Shown piece after piece: positions 46,673 through 57,725 of a stretch of DNA of 64,000 nucleotides; positions within the stretch are counted from its first letter, which is position 1; each line of letters opens with the position of its first letter. The notes below the pieces were generated by a model. That model ran no database searches, was not told the origin of the DNA, and saw only the letters and a program-made list of their open reading frames with translations. A program made the position numbers and the translations under genes. Origin of the DNA: Rhynchopus sp. YZ270_cl-10 (taxonomy: Eukaryota). The stretch is from positions 1,488,001 through 1,552,000 of the forward strand of contig OZ037839.1 of the NCBI GenBank assembly GCA_964035575.1. Reading direction: 5' to 3'.

Positions 46673-46754
46673 GCTGACGTATCCAAGTGGTTACGGAGGT
46701 GGATTTGACCTCCACTGGGGTTTTCCCGCGTAGGTTCGAACCCTACCGTCAGCG
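46673..46754 (+). tRNA. tRNA-Ser(UGA), class II, atypical anticodon loop
   Basis: Acceptor GCTGACG/CGTCAGC + G discriminator; D arm TCC-AAGTGGTTAC-GGA; anticodon stem GTGGA/TCCAC, loop TTTGACC; long variable arm GGG-TTTT-CCC; T arm GTAGG-TTCGAAC-CCTAC; downstream oligo-T. Confidence 0.85.
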
Positions 46755-47627
46755 GTCTTTTTTTTTTTGTATTCCCAGTCACCCCACACAAAAGCCCCCC
46801 CCCTTTTTTTATCGTTTTGAAGAATTTTCTCCCTTTATTTTTGGAAACCCACTCCTTTGTGTGGTTTCTTTTTTCTCTTTTTCGTTCTTTTTCATTTATA
46901 TGGCCACATCCAAAGAACGCCCAGCCAAAAAAGGGGAAAAGGCACTAGAACTGCCATTTTTTATGGGGAAGGTCTTTTGCACGTAGCCTTTATTTGAAAA
47001 AGAAAAAAGGGGGAATATAGTTCTTCATCTGTTCCATTACTGTTTTATTTTGGTCTTCAGTTTTTCTGGAGATCTGTTTAGAACAGCATTTTCCGCTTTT
47101 GTCATTAAATAACCATGGATGGACTGCGCACAAGATCCTCGGAACCTGTGTCGCATATATTCGCTTAGCCATTTAAAGAAAATCACAAACAAAATAAAAG
47201 TAATCTCCAAAAGTAACGCATCTAATACCTTTTTGGTGGTTTCCCACATTGTGCTTGTTTTTCATCGAATGGTGATGCTCACATGGCAAAAAAGGATACC
47301 TTTCTTGAGGTGCCATCTCCCGTCTCCGGGTCATGGTTCACCTACCTTTTATCCCCTTATATTTAGCAAAATACAAAACAAAAGAAAAAAAGTTATCCCC
47401 ACCATTATACAGTTATTCAAAGTACCACAAATTTGCTAGTTTGTACCCCACAATTTTTATTGGTGACGATGCTATGCCGACAACGGTTGTGATGTGGATG
47501 TGACCAACCATGAGAGCCCGAACCTGTGGGTTTTGTGTCGGGAGCAATGCTTAGCTCTGTCGTGAGGATGTGCTCGCTGCACGACAACACAATAACGGAG
47601 ATACAGAAGAAAGTACAAAATGTACCT

Positions 47628-47684
47628 CCCCTCCTCCTCCTTCTCAACACCACCCCACAACAGTGCAACACTTCACTCGAAACA
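47628..47684 (+). promoter_or_regulatory. Putative trans-splice acceptor leader shared by the LRR paralogues
   Basis: CCTCCCTCCTCCTCCTTCTCAACAC...ACAG ~20 nt before ACAATGGAAC; conserved at ~49510, ~54010 and ~57670. Confidence 0.55.
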
Positions 47685-49247
47685 ATGGAACTGTGTGTGC
47701 AGGGATATGATGATGAAACCAAATTCGTGATTGAGGTGGGTGAGAAGGACACAACGGAGACGATGCGGCAGAAGGTGGCGTTTGCAACAGGGTTGTGCGA
47801 AGACAGCTTCCGCATGGGCTTCGGAGGGAAGGAGGAAGGAGAGGACATCACAGAACTGAGTGCTGGAGACACAGTCGTGTTGACGAAAACTACTAAGTAC
47901 CAATCTGTTGAGGAACTTCGTGCCTTGGGTGAGACAGACATTTCCGAAGCGAGGTTGGCGACTGTGACGGATCCTGAGGTGGCTTCTCTGCTTCTTCAGG
48001 CGGAGGTTGCGACTGTTATTCCGAACTTCTTCTTGAGCGGAGCAGCGTTTACGAAACTTGATCTCTCTGCTGTGTCTGTTGTGACACAAATTAGGCACAA
48101 TTTCCTCTGGTGTGCGTCGGTGGAAACTGTTGACTTGTCGGGATTGTGCAACGTTACGCACATTGGGAATCACTTTCTCCATCGGTGCACATCGTTGACA
48201 AGCCTTGACGTGTCAGGGTTCACTGGTGTGACGGTGATAGGGAACTCCTTCCTCTATGAAGGTGGCGTCACAGAGCTTGACTTATCCGCGATGACGAGTG
48301 TGACGAAGGTTGGTGCGAGCTTTCTTGCCGACTGCAACTCGTTGAAAAGGCTTGACATCTCAGGATGGCGCAGAGTCACGCACATTGATAACAACTTTTG
48401 TTCATGCATCTCGTTGGCAACCATTGATTTATCAGCTTTTTGCAGTGTCACGAAGATCGGCTCCGCCTTTCTCTACTCCTGCTCGTCGTTGACCACCATC
48501 AGCTTTTCAGGGATGACGAATGTGACGGAAATTGAGGACAACTTTTGTTCGCACTGCACCTCGTTGGAAACGATTGACTTGACAGCACTGCACAGGGTTG
48601 TGAAGGTGAGTTACGGCTTTCTTTGGGGCTGCACTTCACTGGGAAGTATCGACATCTCAGGTTTTGGCAGTGTCAGAGCCATTGGGCAGTCGTTTCTTAG
48701 GCACTGCACCTTATTGAAAACAGTTGATTTATCAGTGTTGCGCAGCATCACACACATTGAGCGCGGCTGGATGCAAGGGTGCTCCGCGTTGACAACAGCA
48801 GACTTATCAGGAATGAGCAATGTTAGACAGATTGATGGTGATTTCCTGCAAGATTGCACATCCTTGACGACGCTGGACATGTCAGGTTTTGGCAGGGACA
48901 CAGAGATACAACACGACAGCCTGCTCAACTGCAACGCACTCACAACCGTCGTCTTGCCAGGCAACATCGACATTGACGAGATGTTGTCTCTCCCGAATGG
49001 AGACCCTAGAATGAGCACCTACAAGGAGGCCTTCTATGTACGTGTGCGTGAGATTTACGCAAGGTTTACGGAACAGTTCGAAGATGTGCGGATAGAAGCT
49101 TTTGAGGCAGTACGAACAGACGTGTCTGGAAGTGCAAGACCATGTATTGCATTGAAAGCAGGACAAGAAGGAGAAGGGATTGATGCAAGCACAAGAGGAC
49201 AAAGAAGAGGAACAAAAAGAGGATTTGGAGATTTGGGTGCAGCATAA
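47685..49247 (+). CDS. Ubiquitin-like + BspA/TpLRR-type leucine-rich repeat protein, paralogue 1
   Basis: N-terminal MELCVQGYDDETKFVIEV...LSAGDTVVLT (UBL-like); ~25-aa repeats LDLSxxxxVTxIGxxFLxxCxSL. Confidence 0.85.
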   Translation: MELCVQGYDDETKFVIEVGEKDTTETMRQKVAFATGLCEDSFRMGFGGKEEGEDITELSAGDTVVLTKTTKYQSVEELRALGETDISEARLATVTDPEVASLLLQAEVATVIPNFFLSGAAFTKLDLSAVSVVTQIRHNFLWCASVETVDLSGLCNVTHIGNHFLHRCTSLTSLDVSGFTGVTVIGNSFLYEGGVTELDLSAMTSVTKVGASFLADCNSLKRLDISGWRRVTHIDNNFCSCISLATIDLSAFCSVTKIGSAFLYSCSSLTTISFSGMTNVTEIEDNFCSHCTSLETIDLTALHRVVKVSYGFLWGCTSLGSIDISGFGSVRAIGQSFLRHCTLLKTVDLSVLRSITHIERGWMQGCSALTTADLSGMSNVRQIDGDFLQDCTSLTTLDMSGFGRDTEIQHDSLLNCNALTTVVLPGNIDIDEMLSLPNGDPRMSTYKEAFYVRVREIYARFTEQFEDVRIEAFEAVRTDVSGSARPCIALKAGQEGEGIDASTRGQRRGTKRGFGDLGAA

Positions 49248-49564
49248 ACAGGAGCAGGACAAGCTGGATGAACAGAGGGGTTTGGGGGGTTTGGTGATTA
49301 GTGTGAAGAACACTTCGGTGAAAATATCAACTTCATATATGGATTCACTTTTGAGCTGGGGTGGAATATTTGGCAGGTTTGGTGCACAACTCTGACAAAC
49401 CGGAGTGTCCCACCACTTTTTGTGAACAACGTGTCAGCCCAGGGTCTTTTCTACCACACATAGTAAAGTGAAAAACAAACAAGAAAGCTATTTTGTTGTA
49501 TCTTGCCTCCCTCCTCCTCCTTCTCAACACCACCCCACAACAGAGCAACACTTCACTCGAAACA

Positions 49565-51144
49565 ATGGAACTGTGTGTGCAGGGATATGATGATGAAACC
49601 AAATTCGTGATTGAGGTGGGTGAGAACGACACAACGGAGACGATGCGGCAGAAGGTGGCGTCTGCAACAGGGTTGTGCGAAGACAGCTTCCGCATGGGCT
49701 TCGGAGGGAAGGAGGAGAGGACATCACAGAACTGAGTGCTGGAGACACAGTCGTGTTGACGAAAACTACTAAGTACCAATCTGTTGAGGAACTTCGTGCC
49801 TTGGGTGAGACAGACATTTCCGAAGCGAGGTTGGCGACTGTGAAGGATCCTGAGGTGGCTTCTCTGCTTCTTCAGGCGGAGGTTGCGACTGTTATTCCTG
49901 CTGAGTTCTTGAGCGAAACATCGTTTACGAGACTTGATCTCTCTGCTGTGTCTGGTGTGACGCGAATTGAGGACTACTTCCTCTACGGGTGTGCGTCGGT
50001 GGAAACAGTTGACTTGTCGGGATTGTGCAACGTTACGCACATTGGGAATCACTTTCTCCATCGGTGCCCATCGTTGACAAGCCTTGACGTGTCAGGGTTC
50101 ACTGCTGTGAGGGTGATAGGGAAGAGGTTCCTCTATGTAGGTGACGTCACAAATCTTGACTTATCCGCGATGACGAGTGTGACGAAGGTTGGTGCAGACT
50201 TTCTTGCCTACTGCGATTCGTTGGAAAGGATTGACATCTCAGGATGGCACAGAGTCACGCACATTCAGGACTGCTTCCTCTGGAACTGCATGTCGTTGGC
50301 AACCATTGATTTATCAGCTTTTTGCAGTGTCACGAAGATCGGCTCCGCCTTTCTCTGCGAGTGCACGTCGTTGACCACCATCAGCTTTTCAGGGATGACG
50401 AAGGTGACGGAAATTGGGAACGAATTTTGTTCGGCCTGCACCTCGTTGGAAACGATTGACTTGACAGCACTGCACAGGGTTGTGAAGGTGGGTTTCGGCT
50501 TTCTTACGAGGTGCACCTCGCTGGGAAGTATCGACCTTTCAGCTTTCGGCAGTGTCGCAGTCATGGGTTCCGCGTTTCTTAGTCACTGTTCATCATTGAA
50601 AACAATTGATTTATCAGTGTTGCGCAGCATCACACATATTGAGGACAGCTGGATGCAAGAGTGCTCTGCGTTGACAACAGCAGACTTATCAGGACTGAGC
50701 AATGTTAGTCGGATTGGTAAAAGTTTCCTGCAAGATTGCGCATCCTTGACTACGCTGGACATGTCAGGTTTTGGCAGGGACACAGAGATCCAGCACTACT
50801 TCCTGTTCAACTGCAACGCACTCACAACAGTCGTCTTGCCAGGCAACATCGACATTCAAGAGATCTCCATCCCGTATGAATCTGGTTTAGCCAGAAGCGA
50901 GGCCTTCTACGAACGTATGCGTGAGATTTACGCAAGGTTTACGGAACAGTTCGAAGATGTGCGGATAGAAGCTTTTGAGGCAGTACGAGCTGACGTGTCT
51001 GGAGATGCAAGACAATGTATTGCATTGAATGCAGGACAACGAAGAGAGACGGGTTTGATGCAACCAGAAGAAGAGGACAAGCAGGAGGATTTGGAGGGTT
51101 TGGGGCAGGACACTTCGGTGACTCTATCGTACTTCGTTTATTGA
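49565..51144 (+). pseudogene. UBL-LRR paralogue 2, frameshifted
   Basis: 4-bp deletion near 49712 (GAAGGAGGAGAGG vs GAAGGAGGAAGGAGAGG in the paralogues) splits the ORF; the rest is open; could be an assembly error. Confidence 0.75.
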
Positions 51145-52138
51145 TACAGCTGTGAACACTTGGGAATAATCTTAGTGACCCTCTCCAGACGGCTGATGCC
51201 CAATATGGGCGCACGCTTGCCCTATACGGCTTGAGGGTAGCATACATGACGTTGCCATCATGAGAGATGGCACCTGTCACTTCTTCTTCAGATGTGGAAG
51301 CATATGAGGACAAAGAAGGAAGCTCTTCGTTTTGCAACACACAACGTTGCACTTCAGCTGCTGCTTTATAATAAAAACGACTCGTCCTCCTGCACCTCCT
51401 CCGACCCGTTCGAGTCACCCTCGGACAGCTCGCACTCCACCGCTGACCTCTCAGACGCACCCCCAAACCGTGGATGCGGTCTCCGCACCATCCCCCAACG
51501 GACCCGCAAGCGCAAGCGCCGCAATCACGCCCCGGTGTATTCCTCTACTGATGACGATGTACAACCCAAAAGGCTTAGGAAGCCCCCTCCCAAGAAGCAA
51601 CAAACCCCCCCAAAAAGAAGAAACAGAAGAAGGTCTCCCCCCCGAGAGACGTAAACGTGAACGATCACACCGTCGCCCCATCAAGCGCATACCTCCTCGT
51701 CTGAGGACAAGGAACCTGTTAAAAAACGTCATAGATACGACCAGCTGGATTCTGAAAAGAAAGGCCCCAGATCTGAGGCCTTTTCGCGAGTGAACTTTTG
51801 GACAGTGGAGATTTGCACAAAACTGTGGCAACACAACCGAGGCAACTACACTACTCCAACAATTTATCTAAAAAAAGATTTATCAAAAAGAGAAAGAAAA
51901 CATTTTAAGGAAACTCAAGAGCACCACCCACACACCCACCCACCCGCAGTGTTTGCACTTTGAACCTCTGAGGCGGCACATGTGGAAGCCACATCTCACA
52001 TTGTCTCTTCTCCTTCGCACACCTCACGTTGTTTCAATCGACCCAACCCTACGGTCCACCATCACACCACCACCCTCTTCTCCCACACTTCCCCTACCTA
52101 CCCCGCACCTATCTGACCCACGCCAGAGCTACACTCGG

Positions 52139-52972
52139 ATGTCGTTGTCGCTAGAGCTGGACAGGGCAGATGCAGCGTTGTTGCGTGAGCAGAGTGCACG
52201 AGACAGAGCACAGGAGGACGTCTCACGATACATGGCGCTGTGGTCTGCTGCGGATGACGATGCGGGCAAGGCAGCCCTCGCAGGCATGGTGGCCTGCGCA
52301 CGCGCTTCGTACCAGGACGCACGCCAGGGTGTGCACGCCGCACAGTGCAGTGTCGACGACCTGCGTGCACACCTGGCGCCAGCCACGTCTGAAGCTGGTC
52401 TGATTGACACACCTGCGCCTGTTTCTCCGTCAGTGTTGGGGTCAGCAGAGCTGCGAAGCGACACCAAGATACATGATACCTCTTCACGCGCAGCATCTGA
52501 ACCATCTGTGTCGTCAGTGTTGACAGACGTGCCTAGCGATGCTCGGGTTCACGGCACACCTTCACGCGCAGCGTCTGAACCATCTGTGCCGTTAGGATTG
52601 GTCGACGTACCTGACGCTGCTGTGGCGACTCTCCTCCTCAACGCGACTGCAGTTCTCGAGACAGTCCTAGGGGCTGTCGTGTGGGGCAGCTTTGCGGACC
52701 TCCCCACAAAGCCCTCCTGCGACTGGGTGTACGTCTTCCAGAACCTTGACTCTGCGTGTCTGTACGTAGGGCGTACAGGCGACAACCCACGCAAGCGCTA
52801 CCGCGAACACAAATGCGCACAGAAGCAGGCCATCGACACCGCCATCGAGACACACCCCTTCCGCTGCTGTGCCTTCCAAGCCAGCGCAACCTCGAGCGCC
52901 AAGGACACTGAGCGCACGCTACTCACGGCGCTTGCTGGAGCTCGCATACCACTGTACAATGGGAGGAGATGA
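52139..52972 (+). CDS. Stand-alone GIY-YIG endonuclease domain protein with N-terminal coiled/low-complexity region
   Basis: WVYVF-x7-YVGRT...RKRYREH...AKDTE...PLYN; ATG 52139 follows a polypyrimidine tract and CAG. Confidence 0.8.
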   Translation: MSLSLELDRADAALLREQSARDRAQEDVSRYMALWSAADDDAGKAALAGMVACARASYQDARQGVHAAQCSVDDLRAHLAPATSEAGLIDTPAPVSPSVLGSAELRSDTKIHDTSSRAASEPSVSSVLTDVPSDARVHGTPSRAASEPSVPLGLVDVPDAAVATLLLNATAVLETVLGAVVWGSFADLPTKPSCDWVYVFQNLDSACLYVGRTGDNPRKRYREHKCAQKQAIDTAIETHPFRCCAFQASATSSAKDTERTLLTALAGARIPLYNGRR

Positions 52973-53058
52973 AGGTGGCAAGAAGGCTGTTGCAGACCCG
53001 CACATCATACATCATGCACACACGGCATGTTCCGCTACGACTGTTGGATTGAGAAGCC

Positions 53059-53706
53059 TTGAAGTGGCAGGATCGGACGCACATCGGGTCCAGCTTTCTG
53101 TCCAACTGCAGCAGCTTGGCAAGAATGAACCTCTCTGGTCTCTGCAGTGCTGCGCATGGGAGACGACCTCCTTTGCAACTGCATGACGCGACGCTTGCAG
53201 ATGCAGCGCTGTGCGGGCTGCACGAAGAGGTGGGCCTGGACGTGGCGGGGGCGACGCTGACACCGCTGTGCCTGTGGGAGTCGAGCGCGGGTGGGGATGG
53301 GGTGCCAACGTCGCTTACGCTTGTTGTGTTCTATGTGCTGCGGATGGATGGGTTTGGACGGGACGCGTTTTTGCGTGACACGACGTTCTCGCATGAGGAG
53401 GTGGATGCGGCGTGCTGGGTGGATGGACGGCACCTCTGTGCAGATGCAGAGACAGAGGCAGAGGGTGGAGAGGGTGAGGGAAGCGAAGCAGGTGTCTGTG
53501 TTGGTGCCACCTTCGCAGGTGTCGCAGTGCACAGCAGCAGCCCAGGCGCGGTCACCCCAGCAGTGTTCGCCCTCGACACACTGCGTCCGCCATACGCGGT
53601 AAAGGGCTGTGGTCTCAGCGCAGCACCACAGCGTGCACTGGAGATGTACTTCAGCCACCTGTGCGGTAGCGATGTGTTGCGCACCTCAGGCACCATAGAG
53701 TGTTGA
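53059..53706 (+). pseudogene. Chimeric fragment: degenerate LRR + NUDT17-like Nudix hydrolase
   Basis: THIGSSFLSNCSSLARMNLSGL (LRR), then AALCGLHEEVGL (decayed Nudix box)...PLCLWES...LVVFYVL...EEVDAACWV. Confidence 0.6.
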
Positions 53707-54063
53707 GTGTTGCAGGGATGGGCATCATGATGTGCATCTCTTGCAGTGTGTGTGCACCCGATGGTCCTCTGGGGTGTGTGTGTGCATGTTGGTTCTTGTT
53801 CAGATGGACTGATACCTGGTGGAGTAAATAAAGCTGCCGCAAACGTACATTATTTCAGTTCCGTGATTTTAGGTTTTTACATAGCGTCGCCGCCCCTGTT
53901 GTTTCCATACCGACATGGAGAGTACCTGTCAGTTCTTGTTCACCCCCACATGGGGAGAGTACCTGGAGAAGTGGAAAAACAAAGAAAGCTATTTTGTTGT
54001 ATCTTGCCTCCCTCCTCCTTCTCAACACTTACCCCAGAACAGAGCAACACTTCACTCGAAACA

Positions 54064-56879
54064 ATGGAACTGTGTGTGCAGGGATATGATGATGAAACCA
54101 AATTCGTGATTGAGGTGGGTGAGAAGGACACAACGGAGACGATGCGGCAGAAGGTGGCGTCTGCAACAGGGTTGTGCGAAGACAGCTTCCACATGGGCTT
54201 CGGAGGGAAGGAGGAAGGAGAGGACATCACAGAACTGAGTGCTGGAGACACAGTCGTGTTGACGAAAACTACTAAGTACCAATCTGTTGAGGAACTTCGT
54301 GCCTTGGGTGAGACAGACATTTCCGAAGCGAGGTTGGCGACTCCCGACGGCGGACCGCCCCCCATAGCACATTTTTGCGGTGCACGGGCGTACGGGATTA
54401 GTATCTTTTTTTCGAGAGAACCCAAGAGCGGCCAGGTCCTGGACAAGTACGTTGTGCTTTTAGACCTACAAACTGTCTGGGGTGGTGGGACCTCGGGGCG
54501 AAGGGTGCTTCCCGGGACCCCAATATCCTACCACAAGGAGCTCGAGTCGTGCATGGAATGCAGGGTACTCTGAGCCGATTACTTCCACAACTCCCAGATC
54601 CCAAGACCTCCACGGGGGGCAGGCCTCCACGGTAACCCGCGACCGCCGACACCTTAGCTCCGTACTGCCTCTGTCTGTAACCTGCCGGTCCCCCACTTAC
54701 CTACGTTTTTATGTGGTGTCTTTTTTCCGACGGTGGACCAAGGGGCTTTGCAGTGCAGTCAACGCCGACGGAGCGAGACTCGATTGTGACCGGGTGAAAA
54801 GGGAACCTTAGCCAGCGCTAACCAGCGGCAGTTTTGACTCAGGGAGGAGTTTCTCACCGCAGACTGGCGACACACCCCCACTTTTTCGGGGTGGCTGCAT
54901 TCCTCTTCGGAACGGGGTGTTCCATCCTATTTTTAAAAACGTTTATCGAAGCGAGGTTGGCGACTCCCGACGGCGGACCGCCCCCCATAGCACATTTTTG
55001 CGGTGCACGGGCGTACGGGATTAGTATCTTTTTTTCGAGAGAACCCAAGAGCGGCCAGGTCCTGGACAAGTACGTTGTGCTTTTAGACCTACAAACTGTC
55101 TGGGGTGGTGGGACCTCGGTGCGAAGGGTGCTTCCCGGGACCCCAATATCCTACCACAAGGAGCTCGAGTCGTGCATGGAATGCAGGGTACTCTGAGCCG
55201 ATTACTTCCACAAAACTCCCAGATCCCAAGACCTCCACGGGGGGCAGGCCTCCACGGAAACCCGCGACCGCCGACACCTTAGCTCCGTACTGCCTCTGTC
55301 TGTAACCTGCCGGTCCCCCACCTACCTACGCTTTTTGTGGTGTCTTTTTACGACGGTGGACCAAGGGGCTTTGCAGTGCAGTCAACGCCGACGGAGCGAG
55401 ACTCGATTGTGACCGGGTGAAAAGGGAACCTTAGCCAGCGCTAACCAGCGGCAGTTTTGACTCAGGGAGGAGTTTCTCACCGCAGACTGGCGACACACCC
55501 CCACTTTTTCGGGGTGGCTGCATTCCTCTTCGGAACGGGGTGTTCCATCCTATTTTTAAAAACGTTTATCCGAAGCGAGGTTGGCGACTGTGAAGGATCC
55601 TGAGGTGGCTTCTCTGCTTCTTCAGGCGGAGGTTGCGACTGTTATTCCGAACTGGTTCTTGTACGAAGTATCGTTTACAAGACTTGATCTCTCTGCTGTG
55701 TCTGGTGTGACACGAATTGAGCGTGGCTTCCTCTGGAAGTGTGCGTCGGTGGAAACCGTTGACTTGTCGGGATTGTGCAACGTTACGCACATCGGGAATA
55801 ACTTTCTCCATGGCTGTACATCGTTGAGAAGCCTTGACGTGTCAGGGTTCACTGGTGTGACGGTGATAGGGGAGTCGTTCCTCAAAGGAAGTGGCGTCAC
55901 AAATCTTGACTTATCCGCGATGACGAGTGTGACGAAGGTTAGTATATACTTTCTTGCCTTCTGCCAGTCGTTGGAAAGTCTTGACATCTCAGGATGGCGC
56001 AGAGTCACGCACATTCAGAACAACTTCCTGTCGAACTGCACCTCGTTGGCAACGATTGATTTATCAGCTTTTTGCAGTGTCACGAAGATCGGCACCGCCT
56101 TTCTCTACTCCTGCTCGTCGTTGACCACCATCAGCTTTTCAGGGATGACGAATGTGACGGAAATTGAGAACAGTTTTTGTAGGGACTGCACCTCGTTGGA
56201 AACGATTGACTTGACAGCACTGCACAGGGTTGTGAAGGTGGGTTTAGGCTTTCTTTGGAGGTGCTCCTCGCTGAGAAGTATCGACCTTTCAGCTTTCGGC
56301 AGTGCCACACACGTTGGGCACAGCTTTCTTAGTCACTGTTCATCATTGAAAACAGTTGATTTATCAGTGTTGCGCAACATCAAGCGCATTGAGCCAAACT
56401 GGATGCGACAGTGCTCCGCGTTGACAACAGCAGACTTATCAGGACTGAGCAATATTACACAGATAAATGCAGATTTCCTGCGAGAGTGCACATCCTTGAC
56501 CACGCTGGACATGTCAGGTTTTGGCAGGGACACAGAGATTCAGGACAACTTCCTGCACAACTGCAACGCACTCACAACAGTCGTCTTGCCAGGCAACATC
56601 GACATTGACGAGATGTTGTCTCTCCCGAATGGAGACCCTAGAATGAGCACCTACAAGGAGGCCTTCTATGTACGTGTGCGTGAGATTTACGCAAGGTTTA
56701 CGGAACAGTTCGAAGATGTGCGGATAGAAGCTTTTGAGGCAGTACGAACAGACGTGTCTGGAGATGCAAGACAATGTATTGCATTGAATGCAGGACAAGA
56801 GAGAGAAGGGATTGATGCAAGCACAAGAGGACAAAAAAGAGGAACAAAAAGAGGATTTGGAGAGTTGGGGGCAGCATAA
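54064..56879 (+). CDS. UBL-LRR paralogue 3, interrupted by a tandem insertion (coding parts 54064-54332 and 55580-56879)
   Basis: Both parts are open and join in frame (..SEAR/LATVKDPEV..), matching the paralogues; functional status unknown. Confidence 0.7.
54343..55569. mobile_element. Two tandem ~604-bp non-coding inserts (SINE-like), each followed by a target copy
   Basis: Units 54343-54946 and 54966-55569; target (C)CGAAGCGAGGTTGGCGACT at 54323-54342, 54947-54965 and 55570-55589. Confidence 0.9.
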
Positions 56880-57725
56880 ACAGGAGCAGGACAAGCTGGA
56901 TGAACAGGGGGGTTTGGGGGGTTTGGTGATTTGTGTGAAGAACAAAACAAAAGCCAAATCAATACAGAAAGAACGTGTGGAAAGGAGGACAAGAGGTGGG
57001 TGTATCATGCAGGAGCTGGGGCTGGGACAATGATGTGGTACTTTGTGCGACATGTGTTGACGCATGCGGCGGATGTTGCAGGGTACCTGAAGCAGTTGCA
57101 GGAGAAGCCGACGTACCGAAGAACTCTCCCGACAGAAGGTAAAGACGAAGGCGAGATGTGAGTCACGCTTCTACTCCGCAAAGAACGAACGCTGTGAGGG
57201 CGCGAAGGAAGAGCAGAAGCAGGCAGAGGAGGTTCGTAGGGTAGCTGCGCTAGCTGCAGGTGCGTCAGAGCTGACTCGGCGCAAGGAGGCACGCAGGCGG
57301 CAGACACCTGCTGTACATGTGGACGTAAGGAGGAAGGTGGGTCATGCAGGTGTGTGACATACGCACTAAGGTGCGATGCGCGGGCTGCGAACACAGCAAC
57401 ATCGTCGTCAAGGCGTGTTGCGCGACGCACCATTGTCGCTAGGCTTTTTGAAGGACTGTGGAGTCGCGTGAATCGTGTGAGCTGCAGATCGAAAATACCC
57501 ACGCAGAGGAGGGGGCACAACAGCCTCTCGGGCACACCGCTGACACACCGTAGAAGCGAACAACAAATAATCTTAGTTTTTCTCCTCCCACTTTGCAGTC
57601 TTTTTGAGCAAACAAAGAGTAAAGAGTCTCTCGAGCATGTTGTCCCCCCATTTTGTTGTATCTTGCCTCCCTCCTCCTCCTTCTCAACACTTACCTCACA
57701 ACAGAGCAACACTTCACTCGAAACA

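Noticed and set aside
51145..51793. Possible integrase relic and basic ORFs
   Set aside because: Only a faint CEHLGI...PY resemblance with stops; not supportable
51953..52972. Penelope-like retroelement
   Set aside because: No RT ORF, no CxxC between the GIY and YIG motifs, no pseudo-LTRs seen
54343..54440. HDV-like ribozyme at the 5' end of the tandem insert (as in ingi/L1Tc)
   Set aside because: P1/P2/P3-like pairings can be drawn, but L3 would be too long and no convincing P1.1 or J4/2 was found; needs a descriptor search
57020..57570. GC-rich segment and upstream extension of the paralogue 4 ORF
   Set aside because: Lies before the conserved leader and ATG shared by all paralogues; no domain recognised
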